From contig JBFLWF010000030.1 of assembly GCA_040758355.1 (NCBI GenBank), positions 1 through 26,531 on the forward strand: 26,531 nt of DNA, in the 5' to 3' direction. Positions 16,764 to 26,408 of the stretch are shown here, in pieces. The translations under genes and the position numbers were made by a program. The stretch's first letter is position 1; every line of letters starts with the position of its first letter. The DNA is from Nitrospirota bacterium. GTDB taxonomy: Bacteria > Nitrospirota > Thermodesulfovibrionia > Thermodesulfovibrionales > Dissulfurispiraceae. The notes beneath the pieces were generated by a model. It was not told the DNA's origin, made no database searches, and saw only the letters and a program-made list of their open reading frames with translations.

Positions 16764-16828
16764 CAATAGTTACAAAAACTTCCAAAACTTCACGGTTAAA
16801 ATGACACATCCTCTTATAAAAAGTCAAC

Positions 16829-19612
16829 CTACTTGTTCTTCAATGCTGCCTGTGCTGCTGCAAAGCGTGCAATAGGCACCCTGAACGGTGAGCAGCTCAC
16901 ATAATTGAGCCCTATCCTGTGGCAGAACTCAACAGACTTGGGCTCGCCACCATGTTCGCCGCATATGCCCATCTTTAAATCCTTCTTGACCTTTCTGCCC
17001 TTTTCAGCAGCCATCTGCATAAGTGCGCCGACACCGTTCTGGTCTATTGAGATAAATGGGTCTTCCTTGAGTATTCCCTTTTCTATATAGACCGGTAAAA
17101 ATCTTCCGGCATCGTCTCTCGAAAGTCCATAGACTGTCTGTGTGAGGTCGTTTGTTCCGAATGAATAAAAGTCTGCAATCTGTGCAATTTCATCGGCAGT
17201 TACGCAAGCCCTCGGCAGCTCTATCATTGTGCCAACAGTATAAGGGACTTTCACTTTATATTCTTGCTGGATTTTGTTTGCAGTGGAGACGACGATTTCC
17301 CTCATTTTCTGAAGTTCATTCACATGACCAACAAGTGGGATCATTATCTCCGGCATAACCTTAATCTTTTCCTTTGCAAGCTCGCATGCTGCCTCCATTA
17401 TTGCCTGTGCCTGCATCTCGTATATTTCAGGATATGTGATTCCAAGACGGCATCCCCTGTGTCCGAGCATGGGGTTGAACTCATGCAGTGATTTGTTCTT
17501 TGCAGATAATTTATCAAAAGGAACACCCATTTCCTGAGCAAGCTCCTCGAGTTCCTTATCGGTATGCGGCACGAACTCATGGAGCGGCGGGTCAAGGAGC
17601 CTTATGGTAACAGGAAATCCTGCCATTGCCTTGAATATGCCGATAAAGTCTTTCTTCTGATATGGAAGGAGCTTTGCAAGCGCCCTCTTCCTCTCCTCAA
17701 TGGCATCAGAGAGTATCATCTCCCTCATCGCCTTTATTCTGTCAGGGCCGAAGAACATGTGCTCTGTCCTGCAGAGGCCTATTCCCTCGGCACCGAAGTT
17801 CCTTGCTACAGTGGCATCATCGGGTGTATCGGCATTTGTCCTGACCTTCAATGTCCTGACCATGTCCGCCCATTTCATCAGTTCCTTGTACCATGGATTT
17901 TTATCAGGGTCGGCAGGCAATAAATCGAGCTGACCTTCGTATACCCTCCCTGCTGTTCCGTTAAGCGTTATCCAATCTCCTTCCTTTAAAGTCTTTCCGT
18001 TCACATGCACTTCTTTTCTATGTACATCTATGACAAGATCAGAACAGCCGACTATGCAGCACTTGCCCCAACCCCTCGCAACGAGGGCTGCATGGCTTGT
18101 CATTCCACCCCTTGCTGTAAGGATGGCTTCTGCTGCGTGCATTCCATGGACATCCTCAGGTGAGGTCTCGTTTCTGACGAGTATTACCTTTTCACCCTTC
18201 TTTGCCCATGCCTCTGCATCATCCGCAGTAAACACAACCTTTCCGGTAGCACCGCCGGGACCGGCAGGCAATCCCTTTGCGAGAAAGATCGCCTTCTTTT
18301 CAGCAACAGGAGCAACACTCGGATGTAGAAGGATGTCCAATTGATCCGGCTTGATACGGAGTATTGCCTCCTCTTTGCTTATCAATTTCTGCTTCATCAT
18401 CTCTACAGCCATGCGGATTGCGGCCTGGGGATTGCGCTTGCCTACCCTCGTCTGGAGCATCCACAGCCTTCCATCCTCTATTGTGAATTCTATATCCTGC
18501 ATGTCCCTGTAATGCTTCTCGAGCTTCTTCTGTATAGCGAACAACTGCTTGTATAACTGCGGCATCGATTCTTCCAAAGACGGCAGGTGCTGCGTGTCTG
18601 CTGTCTTGCCTGCCCTGTTGACAGGATATGGAGTCCTTATGCCTGCAACAACATCCTCTCCCTGTGCATTGGGAAGCCACTCGCCATAAAACACATCCTC
18701 TCCTGTCGCCGGATTGCGTGTAAAGGCAACACCTGTACCTGAATTTTCTCCTGTGTTGCCGAAGACCATTGACTGCACATTCACTGCAGTTCCCCACTCA
18801 TCCGGAATCTTCTCGATCCTGCGGTATGACACTGCACGCCTGCCCATCCATGACTGAAATACTGCGCCAATGCCTCCCCATAGTTGCTCCTGCGGTTCAT
18901 CGGGGAATTCCTTGCCGAGGGTATGTTTGATAATTGCCTTGAACTCGTCGCAGAGTATCTTAAGGTCGTCCACTGTTAAATCCGTATCGCTTTTATACCC
19001 CTTCTGTATTTTCATTGCATCCATGGCATGTTCGAGCTTCTGGCGGATGGCCTCTCCTTCTTTCGGTTCCACACCTGCAGCCTTTTCCATGACAACATCC
19101 GAATACATCATAAGGAGACGGCGGTATGCATCATATACAAAACGCTCGTTATTTGTCTTCTTTATGAGTGCGGGGATTGTCTTTGTGGTCAAGCCGATAT
19201 TTAAAACAGTCTCCATCATGCCCGGCATGGAGCTGCGGGCACCTGAGCGCACAGATATAAGAAGGGGGTCATTTGGGTCTCCAAACTTTTTGCCCATTAT
19301 CTTTTCGACCTTTGCCACTGCAGCATCGACCTGTGCCTTTAATTCTTTTGGATACTTTTTGTTATTCTTGTAATACAGCGTGCAGACCTCTGTGGTTATG
19401 GTAAAGCCGGGAGGGACAGTAATACCGAGATTGACCATCTCTGCCAGGTTAGCCCCCTTGCCCCCCAGAAGATTTTTCATTTCAGCCTTGCCGTCAGCCC
19501 TGCCTCCGCCAAAAAAATAGACATACTTCTGAATTTTCGAAGCTTTTGTCGAAGCCTTTGCAGGCTTTGCAGCCTTTGCCGGTTTTTTGGCTTTTTTAAC
19601 AACCTTTCCCAT
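16829..19612 (-). CDS. ppdK: Pyruvate, phosphate dikinase
   Basis: LLGGKGANLAEM, SVRSGA, GGMTSHAALVARG (phospho-His), GIGLCRTEHMF, TIRLLDPPLHEF, SFGTNDLTQ and GICGEHGG. Confidence 0.97.
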   Translation of the reverse strand: MGKVVKKAKKPAKAAKPAKASTKASKIQKYVYFFGGGRADGKAEMKNLLGGKGANLAEMVNLGITVPPGFTITTEVCTLYYKNNKKYPKELKAQVDAAVAKVEKIMGKKFGDPNDPLLISVRSGARSSMPGMMETVLNIGLTTKTIPALIKKTNNERFVYDAYRRLLMMYSDVVMEKAAGVEPKEGEAIRQKLEHAMDAMKIQKGYKSDTDLTVDDLKILCDEFKAIIKHTLGKEFPDEPQEQLWGGIGAVFQSWMGRRAVSYRRIEKIPDEWGTAVNVQSMVFGNTGENSGTGVAFTRNPATGEDVFYGEWLPNAQGEDVVAGIRTPYPVNRAGKTADTQHLPSLEESMPQLYKQLFAIQKKLEKHYRDMQDIEFTIEDGRLWMLQTRVGKRNPQAAIRMAVEMMKQKLISKEEAILRIKPDQLDILLHPSVAPVAEKKAIFLAKGLPAGPGGATGKVVFTADDAEAWAKKGEKVILVRNETSPEDVHGMHAAEAILTARGGMTSHAALVARGWGKCCIVGCSDLVIDVHRKEVHVNGKTLKEGDWITLNGTAGRVYEGQLDLLPADPDKNPWYKELMKWADMVRTLKVRTNADTPDDATVARNFGAEGIGLCRTEHMFFGPDRIKAMREMILSDAIEERKRALAKLLPYQKKDFIGIFKAMAGFPVTIRLLDPPLHEFVPHTDKELEELAQEMGVPFDKLSAKNKSLHEFNPMLGHRGCRLGITYPEIYEMQAQAIMEAACELAKEKIKVMPEIMIPLVGHVNELQKMREIVVSTANKIQQEYKVKVPYTVGTMIELPRACVTADEIAQIADFYSFGTNDLTQTVYGLSRDDAGRFLPVYIEKGILKEDPFISIDQNGVGALMQMAAEKGRKVKKDLKMGICGEHGGEPKSVEFCHRIGLNYVSCSPFRVPIARFAAAQAALKNK

Positions 19613-19707
19613 TAATTCCCTCCAAGAATAATATTTAAGAGTTTTTAAAAAGGCTCTATAATTTATCCCAATTTGACAAAAAAATTCAAGAAAACAAAAG
19701 GAATTTT

Positions 19708-21336
19708 TTATTTCCCGAATTCCTTCATCTTTAATTCCTTTCTCTTTATTTTCCCGCTTATGGTCTTGGGCAGGTCTTCAACGAATTCGATCTTGCGGGG
19801 ATACTTATAAGGCGCTGTATTATTTTTAACGAATTCCTGAAGCTCTTTTACCAATGCCTCTGACGGGCTATACTCTTTTGTTAAGACAATGAATGCCTTG
19901 ACAACCTCCCCCCTTACCTCGTCAGGGCTTGCCACAACTGCTGACTCTTTAACAGCGGGGTGCTTGATCAGAATACTCTCTATCTCAAAGGGCCCTATCC
20001 TGTAACCAGATGTGAGTATTACATCGTCTGCCCTTCCAACAAACCAGAAATAACCGTCTTCATCTTTATATGCCCTGTCTTCTGTTATATACCATTGTCC
20101 CCTTACTGTCTTTTCTGTTGCCTCAGGATTTCCAAGGTATTCTTTGAATAATCCAACTGGTCTTTCAGGCTTTATCCTTATTGCTATATCGCCTTCGGTA
20201 TTTGGAGGTGCTGGATTTCCGCCTTCATCGATAATATCCACAACAAATCCGGGAACAGGCATGCCCATAGAGCCGGGCTTCACAGGAAGGCATCTGAAGT
20301 TGGCAAGGACATTCACTGTCTCTGTCTGTCCATACCCGTCATAGATGTATCTTCCTGTCCTCTCCTTCCAGATTTCGATTATCTCCCTGTTAAGAGGCTC
20401 CCCTGCTGCAACAAAATGGCGGACAGCCTTGAATTTAAACTGTTCGACAGGTATTTCTTTAGCCATCATCCTGTAAGCTGTTGGAGGGCCACAGAATGTA
20501 GTAATGGGATATTTCTGCAATACCTCCATTGTTAATGAGGGATGAAACTTTCCTTTTTTGTAGAAAGAAAATATTGTCGCCCCCATATGCCATGGGCCAA
20601 AGAAACTTGACCATGCTGCCTTTGCCCATCCTGTATCGGAAAGGTTCCAGTGAATATCACCCGGTCCGAGGTCGAGCCAGTATTTGCCTGTTAACATGTG
20701 TGCGAGTGGATAAGAGACCTGAGTATGGAGCACCATCTTGGGAGGCCCTGTTGTGCCTGATGTGAAATAAATTAATGCAGGCTCATCAGAAAACGCCCTA
20801 TCACCCTCAAATGCACCTGCCGAATTTCTATCTTCTATATAATCGATCCATTCGGGTCTTTTACCAATGATTATAAGAAGCGGAATTGTTGATGAATTTC
20901 TTATTGCATCTTCAACCTTTGATGCGTCTTCGTCTGTTGTAATAATTGCCTTTATATCCGTTGCCGACAGCCTGTATTCGATATCCTTTGATGTTAGAAG
21001 GGTTGTTGCTGGTATTGGGATTGCGTTGAGCCGCATAAGCGCAAGCATAATCTCCCACCACTCCGGGATATTGGGGAGCATGACAATGACCTTGTCCCCT
21101 TTTTTAATGCCCATTTTCTTGAATGCGCCCGCACCCTTTGACGAAAGGTTCTTAAATTCATGGAATGTAAACTTCTTTTCGTGTTCGCCATCAGTCCAGA
21201 AAAGGGCAAGATTATCTTTAGTTCTGGCACTCCACTTATCGAAGACATCGAGGGGGAAAGAAAATTTTTCAGGCACGGGAAGATAGAATTCCCTGTATTC
21301 CTTCCAATAGTCTTTCATGTTAGGCGGCTGTTCCAT
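19708..21336 (-). CDS. Acyl-CoA synthetase (AMP-forming, medium/short-chain ACSM-like)
   Basis: YFTSGTTGPPK, SDTGWAK, DGYGQTET, GRADDVI..SGYRIGPFEIES, PYKYPR and LPKTISGKI. Confidence 0.92.
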   Translation of the reverse strand: MEQPPNMKDYWKEYREFYLPVPEKFSFPLDVFDKWSARTKDNLALFWTDGEHEKKFTFHEFKNLSSKGAGAFKKMGIKKGDKVIVMLPNIPEWWEIMLALMRLNAIPIPATTLLTSKDIEYRLSATDIKAIITTDEDASKVEDAIRNSSTIPLLIIIGKRPEWIDYIEDRNSAGAFEGDRAFSDEPALIYFTSGTTGPPKMVLHTQVSYPLAHMLTGKYWLDLGPGDIHWNLSDTGWAKAAWSSFFGPWHMGATIFSFYKKGKFHPSLTMEVLQKYPITTFCGPPTAYRMMAKEIPVEQFKFKAVRHFVAAGEPLNREIIEIWKERTGRYIYDGYGQTETVNVLANFRCLPVKPGSMGMPVPGFVVDIIDEGGNPAPPNTEGDIAIRIKPERPVGLFKEYLGNPEATEKTVRGQWYITEDRAYKDEDGYFWFVGRADDVILTSGYRIGPFEIESILIKHPAVKESAVVASPDEVRGEVVKAFIVLTKEYSPSEALVKELQEFVKNNTAPYKYPRKIEFVEDLPKTISGKIKRKELKMKEFGK

Positions 21337-21355
21337 AAAAATTTTCCTTGCAGAT

Positions 21356-21919
21356 TTAAAGCATCATAATTATGCCGACGATTACCAAGCCTGCAATGCC
21401 TGCAGCTGCCAGAGCCTCGAACAATCCGCCGATCCAGCCCAGCTTTTGAATCCAGAGCCCCGCGCATATTCCCAAAAAATACCCTGCAACTAATCCTGCA
21501 AGACCATCCATTACACGCATCCATAGCGAATGATCGAACCCAAGCCTCCCGGCAGTTATTCCGCCTACAACTCCAAAAACTACAAAAAAGAAGAAAATAG
21601 TAACCTTAAACGCCTCAAAAGAAGGACGGTATCCTCTCTTAGAACAAATACTTTGAATAAACAAAGCCAAAAAACCTGCGGCTCCAAGCCCTCCAAGCAG
21701 CCATCCGAGTATTGAGCCTTTCGACAGTCCTGAAGATATCCCCAAAACAGCGGCAACAAACAGAACTACCGCAAGAATAGGCAGTTCAATCAGGATATGA
21801 TTTTTAAAAGGAGATTCATATTCATCCTTTTTAGGCGCTAAGATATTAAAAATGATCGAAGGGAAAAAACGTAAATGGAAATCGAGAGAAAAAAATCTTG
21901 GGGGTTCCGGAGGAATCAT
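21356..21919 (-). CDS. Hypothetical Gly-rich multi-pass membrane protein (about 5 TM)
   Basis: 187 aa with several hydrophobic Gly-rich helices. ATGA overlap with the cyclase stop; the ORF fills the gap to the acyl-CoA synthetase gene. Confidence 0.7.
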   Translation of the reverse strand: MIPPEPPRFFSLDFHLRFFPSIIFNILAPKKDEYESPFKNHILIELPILAVVLFVAAVLGISSGLSKGSILGWLLGGLGAAGFLALFIQSICSKRGYRPSFEAFKVTIFFFFVVFGVVGGITAGRLGFDHSLWMRVMDGLAGLVAGYFLGICAGLWIQKLGWIGGLFEALAAAGIAGLVIVGIIMML

Positions 21920-23067
21920 GGCGTTTTAAAATCGTTATCGAATTTTGTGGAATAAAAACCTATCACGCGAAAATCCGGGAAGCAATAAATATTCTGCTTC
22001 AATAAATGGACCGCCTCATCGTCCAAAAGCTTATCCTTAGACAAAAGAGTAGGCCCTGAAATAGCGTTTTTCATATGATCTATGGCGGTGTATATTCCGA
22101 TTACCTGCCGGGCTTCTGACGAAGCAAGCGGATTCTGATAACGGCAGTAAACTTCCTCTTTGTGATATCCGAGTTCGTGAACAGCGCTATAAGGCATCTC
22201 GCCTGCTGAGTAGAGGCTTATCAGCATATAACCGTCTTCCGTTTCGCGAGCAAGGCCGCTATATGAGAGTTTTATATCGCGTTGCCTATCAGCAATGTGA
22301 GTGCCGTTTATAATGATCTTCTGGTGCTCCCTTATAACTTTCCATTCCGATGCAAGGAACTTTACATCTCTTTCCCTGTCGCCCGGAGACCGTTTCAAGC
22401 TGAAATGATACTCATATAACACTCCATCCAGAAAACTCATTACCTCCGCCGGAAGAATTCTCTTTTGAACGATATCGGTTTCGGATGACGCCATTACCCT
22501 GATTCTCTCCGCAATCCCTTTGACGGCAAGCTCATGCTCATAAAATCCGTGCTGCGTAAAGTCAAAGTCATAAAAGGTATCGCGGCTGATTATGATGCCT
22601 TCGGGTCTCGCCTCATTGCACAGCCTCGCCGCTTTATTGATATCGCTCGAAAGAAAATCCGTTTTTTTATTGCGCCCCTCATGCAGCTCTATCTGAAATA
22701 CATATCCCGCGCTTATACCGTATCCCAGTTTAAGATTTATGGAATATCCGAGGTCTGATAGATACTTCAGTTGAACATCCTTGAAACGATCATTGATATG
22801 AGGTATTGTCTCATGCAAAATCGTATTGAGGTTATCGAAGCGTTCTTTTGAGGATTTAAGAAGGTGAATTATCACGACGCCGTCGCCGTTGGGTTTTACA
22901 AATGTCTTATTTTTATCGAGTCCAGGCAGCGAGCTAAAAATATTGTAGAAGTCGGTCATGAACTCCTGAATGACATATGACGCCTCTGTCCTTTCACTCC
23001 ATTGGGTAAACCCACGGATATCGAGAAACATGATTATTGCGTAATGTCTCGCTGCTATCTTTCCCAT
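21916..23067 (-). CDS. Class III nucleotidyl (adenylate-like) cyclase domain + uncharacterised C-terminal domain
   Basis: IMFLDIRGFT, VKPNGDG, GYGISAG and DFLSSDINKAARL. ATG 23067 is preceded by AAGGA and is preferred over the longer ORF start at 23115. Confidence 0.8.
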   Translation of the reverse strand: MGKIAARHYAIIMFLDIRGFTQWSERTEASYVIQEFMTDFYNIFSSLPGLDKNKTFVKPNGDGVVIIHLLKSSKERFDNLNTILHETIPHINDRFKDVQLKYLSDLGYSINLKLGYGISAGYVFQIELHEGRNKKTDFLSSDINKAARLCNEARPEGIIISRDTFYDFDFTQHGFYEHELAVKGIAERIRVMASSETDIVQKRILPAEVMSFLDGVLYEYHFSLKRSPGDRERDVKFLASEWKVIREHQKIIINGTHIADRQRDIKLSYSGLARETEDGYMLISLYSAGEMPYSAVHELGYHKEEVYCRYQNPLASSEARQVIGIYTAIDHMKNAISGPTLLSKDKLLDDEAVHLLKQNIYCFPDFRVIGFYSTKFDNDFKTP

Positions 23068-23176
23068 GCCGTCAATCCTTATGCTTATTGTAATATGTAA
23101 ATGGTAGCGGGTCAAATAAAAACTTCAAAGCATTTGCAGTCTTGACTTTTTCAGCAGTATGATTAAAAAATAGATT

Positions 23177-23203
23177 TTAGCACTCTCGTTACGAGAGTGC
23201 TAA
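23177..23203. promoter_or_regulatory. CIRCE element (HrcA operator) upstream of htpG
   Basis: Perfect TTAGCACTC-N9-GAGTGCTAA ending 24 nt before the htpG ATG. Confidence 0.95.
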
Positions 23204-23227
23204 AATCTATCGAGAGGTGATTCATAA

Positions 23228-25099
23228 ATGACTACGCAGAAACACGAATTCAAGACAGAAATTAAACAACTCCTCGACTTAATGATCCACTCTCTTTATT
23301 CGCACAAAGAAGTATTCCTCAGAGAACTTATCTCCAATAGCTCCGACGCCATAGACAAGGCACGCTACGAATCCCTCACAAACCCCGATATCATGGAAGG
23401 CGGAGCAGAGTGGAAAATAAAAATAACAGCGGACAAAGATGCCAGTACGCTGACCGTAAGCGACAACGGAATAGGCATGACAGAAGAAGAGACAATCAAG
23501 GCGCTCGGCACAATAGCCCACTCCGGAACAAAGGAATTTATCAAAGCTCTGCAGGAAGCCAAACTCAAAGACAATCCCGAACTCATAGGCCAGTTCGGAG
23601 TCGGATTCTATTCGTCATTTATGGTCGCTGACAAGGTCACCGTAATATCACGCAAGGCAGGCTCAAAAGATAAAAAGGCGGTGCAATGGGAATCCACGGC
23701 AGACGGCTCATTTACAGTAGGAACCGCAGAAAAAGATACGAGAGGCACGGATGTGATACTTCATCTTAAAGAAGACGCTAAAAAATATCTCGAACTATGG
23801 GAGATAAAAAGTATCGTAAAAAAATATTCAGATTTTATCGAGCATCCTATTGTCATGGACATCGAAAAAGAAGAGGAAACCCTCAACTCCAGAAAAGCGC
23901 TCTGGCTCAAGGGAAAGGACGAAATCTCCCAGGAGGAGCACAACGAATTTTACCGCCATATATCCCATGACTTCGCTGACCCCGCAAAGATAATACACTA
24001 CAAGGCCGAAGGCACTTCAGAATTCACGGCCCTTCTATACATACCTTCAAAGGCGCCTTACGGAATACTTTTCAGGGATTACAAGATAGGACCCATGCTT
24101 TATGTAAAAAGGGTCAAGATAATGGACAACTGCGAAGACATCATACCACCGTATCTCAGGTTCGCAAAAGGAGTCGTGGATTCGTCCGACCTGCCTCTAA
24201 ACGTATCGCGCGAAATGCTCCAGAACAACAGGCAGGTCGAGGTCATTAAAAAGAGCATCACAAAGAAAATACTCGATACGCTCTCGGAGATGAAGCAGAA
24301 CGAATACGAGAAATACATATCCTTCCATAAAGAGTTCGGCAGGGTGCTCAAGGAAGGGCTTCATTACGACTTTTCGAGGCGCGAGGCCATAGCAGACCTG
24401 CTTCTCTTTGAATCAACCAAAACAGAGCCGGATAAATACACAACAATGCAGAACTATGTCGAGGGCATGAAGGAAAAGCAGGAAGAGATTTATTACATAT
24501 CCGCGCCTACGAGGCAGGAGGCGCTCCAGTCCCCTTACCTCGAAAACCTCCTCGATAAAGGTTACGAAGTCCTCATCATGACAGACGAGATAGACGACCT
24601 TCTCATGGCGGGTTTTGAATACAAAGGCAAAAAACTCAAATCTGTCATAAAGGGAGACGTCTCCTTCGAAGGAAAAGATAAAAAAGAGCGCGAGGCAGAA
24701 ACAAAAGAATTTGCCGGATTCATCGGCCTCATCAAAGATATATTGAAGGACGATATAAAAGACGCCAGGCTTTCATCGAGGCTTAAGGATTCTCCCTGCT
24801 GCCTTGTTGCCGACGAGGGAGATATAGACCCTCAGATGGAAAAGGTCTTCAGGGCAATGGGTCAGGAGCCTCCAGTGAGCAAGAGAATACTTGAGATAAA
24901 CGCAGGGCATCCGCTCTTTTCGGCAATGAAAACGGCTTATGAAAAGAACGCCTCAAGTCCGGAACTCGCGGAGAACATAAGGCTGCTTTACGATCAGGCG
25001 CTTATCCTCGAAGGCTCCAAACCAAAGAATCCGGCTGAATTCGCGAAATCCGTAGCGAGGCTTATGGCTGAGGCCATCGAGAAAAACGCGGTTAATTAA
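23228..25099 (+). CDS. htpG: Molecular chaperone HtpG (Hsp90)
   Basis: HSLYSHKEVFLRELISNSSDA, DNGIGM, IGQFGVGFYS, GVVDSSDLPLNVSRE and ILEIN. Confidence 0.97.
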   Translation: MTTQKHEFKTEIKQLLDLMIHSLYSHKEVFLRELISNSSDAIDKARYESLTNPDIMEGGAEWKIKITADKDASTLTVSDNGIGMTEEETIKALGTIAHSGTKEFIKALQEAKLKDNPELIGQFGVGFYSSFMVADKVTVISRKAGSKDKKAVQWESTADGSFTVGTAEKDTRGTDVILHLKEDAKKYLELWEIKSIVKKYSDFIEHPIVMDIEKEEETLNSRKALWLKGKDEISQEEHNEFYRHISHDFADPAKIIHYKAEGTSEFTALLYIPSKAPYGILFRDYKIGPMLYVKRVKIMDNCEDIIPPYLRFAKGVVDSSDLPLNVSREMLQNNRQVEVIKKSITKKILDTLSEMKQNEYEKYISFHKEFGRVLKEGLHYDFSRREAIADLLLFESTKTEPDKYTTMQNYVEGMKEKQEEIYYISAPTRQEALQSPYLENLLDKGYEVLIMTDEIDDLLMAGFEYKGKKLKSVIKGDVSFEGKDKKEREAETKEFAGFIGLIKDILKDDIKDARLSSRLKDSPCCLVADEGDIDPQMEKVFRAMGQEPPVSKRILEINAGHPLFSAMKTAYEKNASSPELAENIRLLYDQALILEGSKPKNPAEFAKSVARLMAEAIEKNAVN

Positions 25100-25119
25100 A
25101 CAGGACAAAAAGACAAATA

Positions 25120-25160
25120 CATGTTATAATTGACTCAAAAAATGAGGCAATTATAACATG
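25120..25160 (+). promoter_or_regulatory. Palindromic operator overlapping the extended -10, RBS and start of the fic gene
   Basis: CATGTTATAATTG-a-CTCA-aaaaa-TGAG-g-CAATTATAACATG. Contains TGnTATAAT (25122-25130), GAGG and the ATG. Confidence 0.7.
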
Positions 25161-26273
25161 GAAACGACTCATTACATCTGGCAATCCCTGAACTGGCCCA
25201 ATTTCGTTTGGGATAATTCGCTATTACTTGATTTGTTGGCAGAGTGCCGCCTTAAACAGGGAAAACTCCTATCCCAAATTTCAGCTTTAGGCTTGCCGTA
25301 CGAGCAGCAGGCACAGACTGATATCCTCTTCGAAGAAGCCATGACCACCTCGGCCATAGAAGGCGAAAAGCTGAATCCGGACTCTGTCAGGTCTTCCATT
25401 GCCCGCAAACTCGGATTGCCCTCGGCAGGGCTGCCTATTGACCGTTATACGGACGGGCTCATAGATATCCTATTGGATGCCTCGCAGAATCATGCGTCTG
25501 CCCTTACAAAAAAGCGGCTTTTCGGATGGCACGCCGCACTGTTTCCTACCGGCTATTCCGGACTGCGTAAGATCAGGGTTGCCAGGTGGCGCGGGCCGGA
25601 ACCTATGCGTGTAGTCTCGGTAAAATCGGGACGCGAGATTGTTCATTATGAAGCATTGCCGCATGAGCGGGTGGATGCCGAAATGACGCTTTTTTTAAAA
25701 TGGTGGCACGAGAGCATTAACCGCATGGACGGGATTATTCGCGCGGCAGTCGCTCACTTCTGGTTTGTTACAATACATCCTTTTGAGGACGGCAACGGAC
25801 GCATCGCCAGAGCGCTCACGGATATGGCTCTGGCGCAGGATGACAGGCAAACAATGCGCTACTACAGCCTGTCTTCTCAAATCAATGCGGAAAGAAAAGC
25901 ATATTATCTTACCCTTGAGCAATCCCAGAAAGGGGATATTGACATAACTCTTTGGCTGCAATGGTTTCTCGGATGTTTCTCGCGGGGGATAGAAGCATCG
26001 CAGAGGCTGATGGCGCTGGTGCTTGCAAAGGCGGCATTCTGGTATCGTAATTCTCAAAAACAGATCAGCGAGCGGCAGAGAAAAGTCATAAACAAGATGC
26101 TGGATGCCGGAGAGGGCAATTTCACCGGAGGATTAACAAACCGCAAATATGCTTCGATGGCTAAAGTCAGCAGGGCGACGGCCACGCGCGAACTGCAATA
26201 TTTGCTCGACATCGGGATTATCAAGCGCAATCCCGGCAAGGGTAGAAGCGTCAGTTACGATCTTATATGGTAG
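25158..26273 (+). CDS. Fic family protein (DUF4172-type N-terminus, C-terminal wHTH)
   Basis: YIWQ..WPNF, TTSAIEGE, canonical HPFEDGNGRIAR, and C-terminal TNRKYASMAKVSRATATREL. Confidence 0.92.
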   Translation: METTHYIWQSLNWPNFVWDNSLLLDLLAECRLKQGKLLSQISALGLPYEQQAQTDILFEEAMTTSAIEGEKLNPDSVRSSIARKLGLPSAGLPIDRYTDGLIDILLDASQNHASALTKKRLFGWHAALFPTGYSGLRKIRVARWRGPEPMRVVSVKSGREIVHYEALPHERVDAEMTLFLKWWHESINRMDGIIRAAVAHFWFVTIHPFEDGNGRIARALTDMALAQDDRQTMRYYSLSSQINAERKAYYLTLEQSQKGDIDITLWLQWFLGCFSRGIEASQRLMALVLAKAAFWYRNSQKQISERQRKVINKMLDAGEGNFTGGLTNRKYASMAKVSRATATRELQYLLDIGIIKRNPGKGRSVSYDLIW

Positions 26274-26408
26274 AAGCTGTCCTGCGCTGTTATGTTCGGG
26301 AATACGCCCGAATTCTGGCTTAATGCCCAGCGGGCAGTTGATCTCTGGGTTGCAGAGAAGGAAAACAAGAAGACACTCGGCAAGATAAAGCCGCTGAAGG
26401 CAGCGTGA
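26274..26408 (+). pseudogene. higA: C-terminal remnant of a HigA (VapI-type) antitoxin
   Basis: Reads KLSCAVMFGNTPEFWLNAQRAVDLWVAEKENKKTLGKIKPLKAA*. FGNxPEFWLNAQxxxDLW is typical of the HigA C-terminal half; the HTH N-terminus is missing. Confidence 0.72.

Noticed and set aside
16905..19373. Numerous antisense or alternative-frame ORFs within ppdK (and similarly within other long genes)
   Set aside because: They are shadows of well-supported genes, with no motifs.
26271..26273. Pyrrolysine recoding of the fic TAG
   Set aside because: Fic appears complete at this stop, there are no pyl genes in the window, and an in-frame remnant has a 1-in-3 chance by coincidence.
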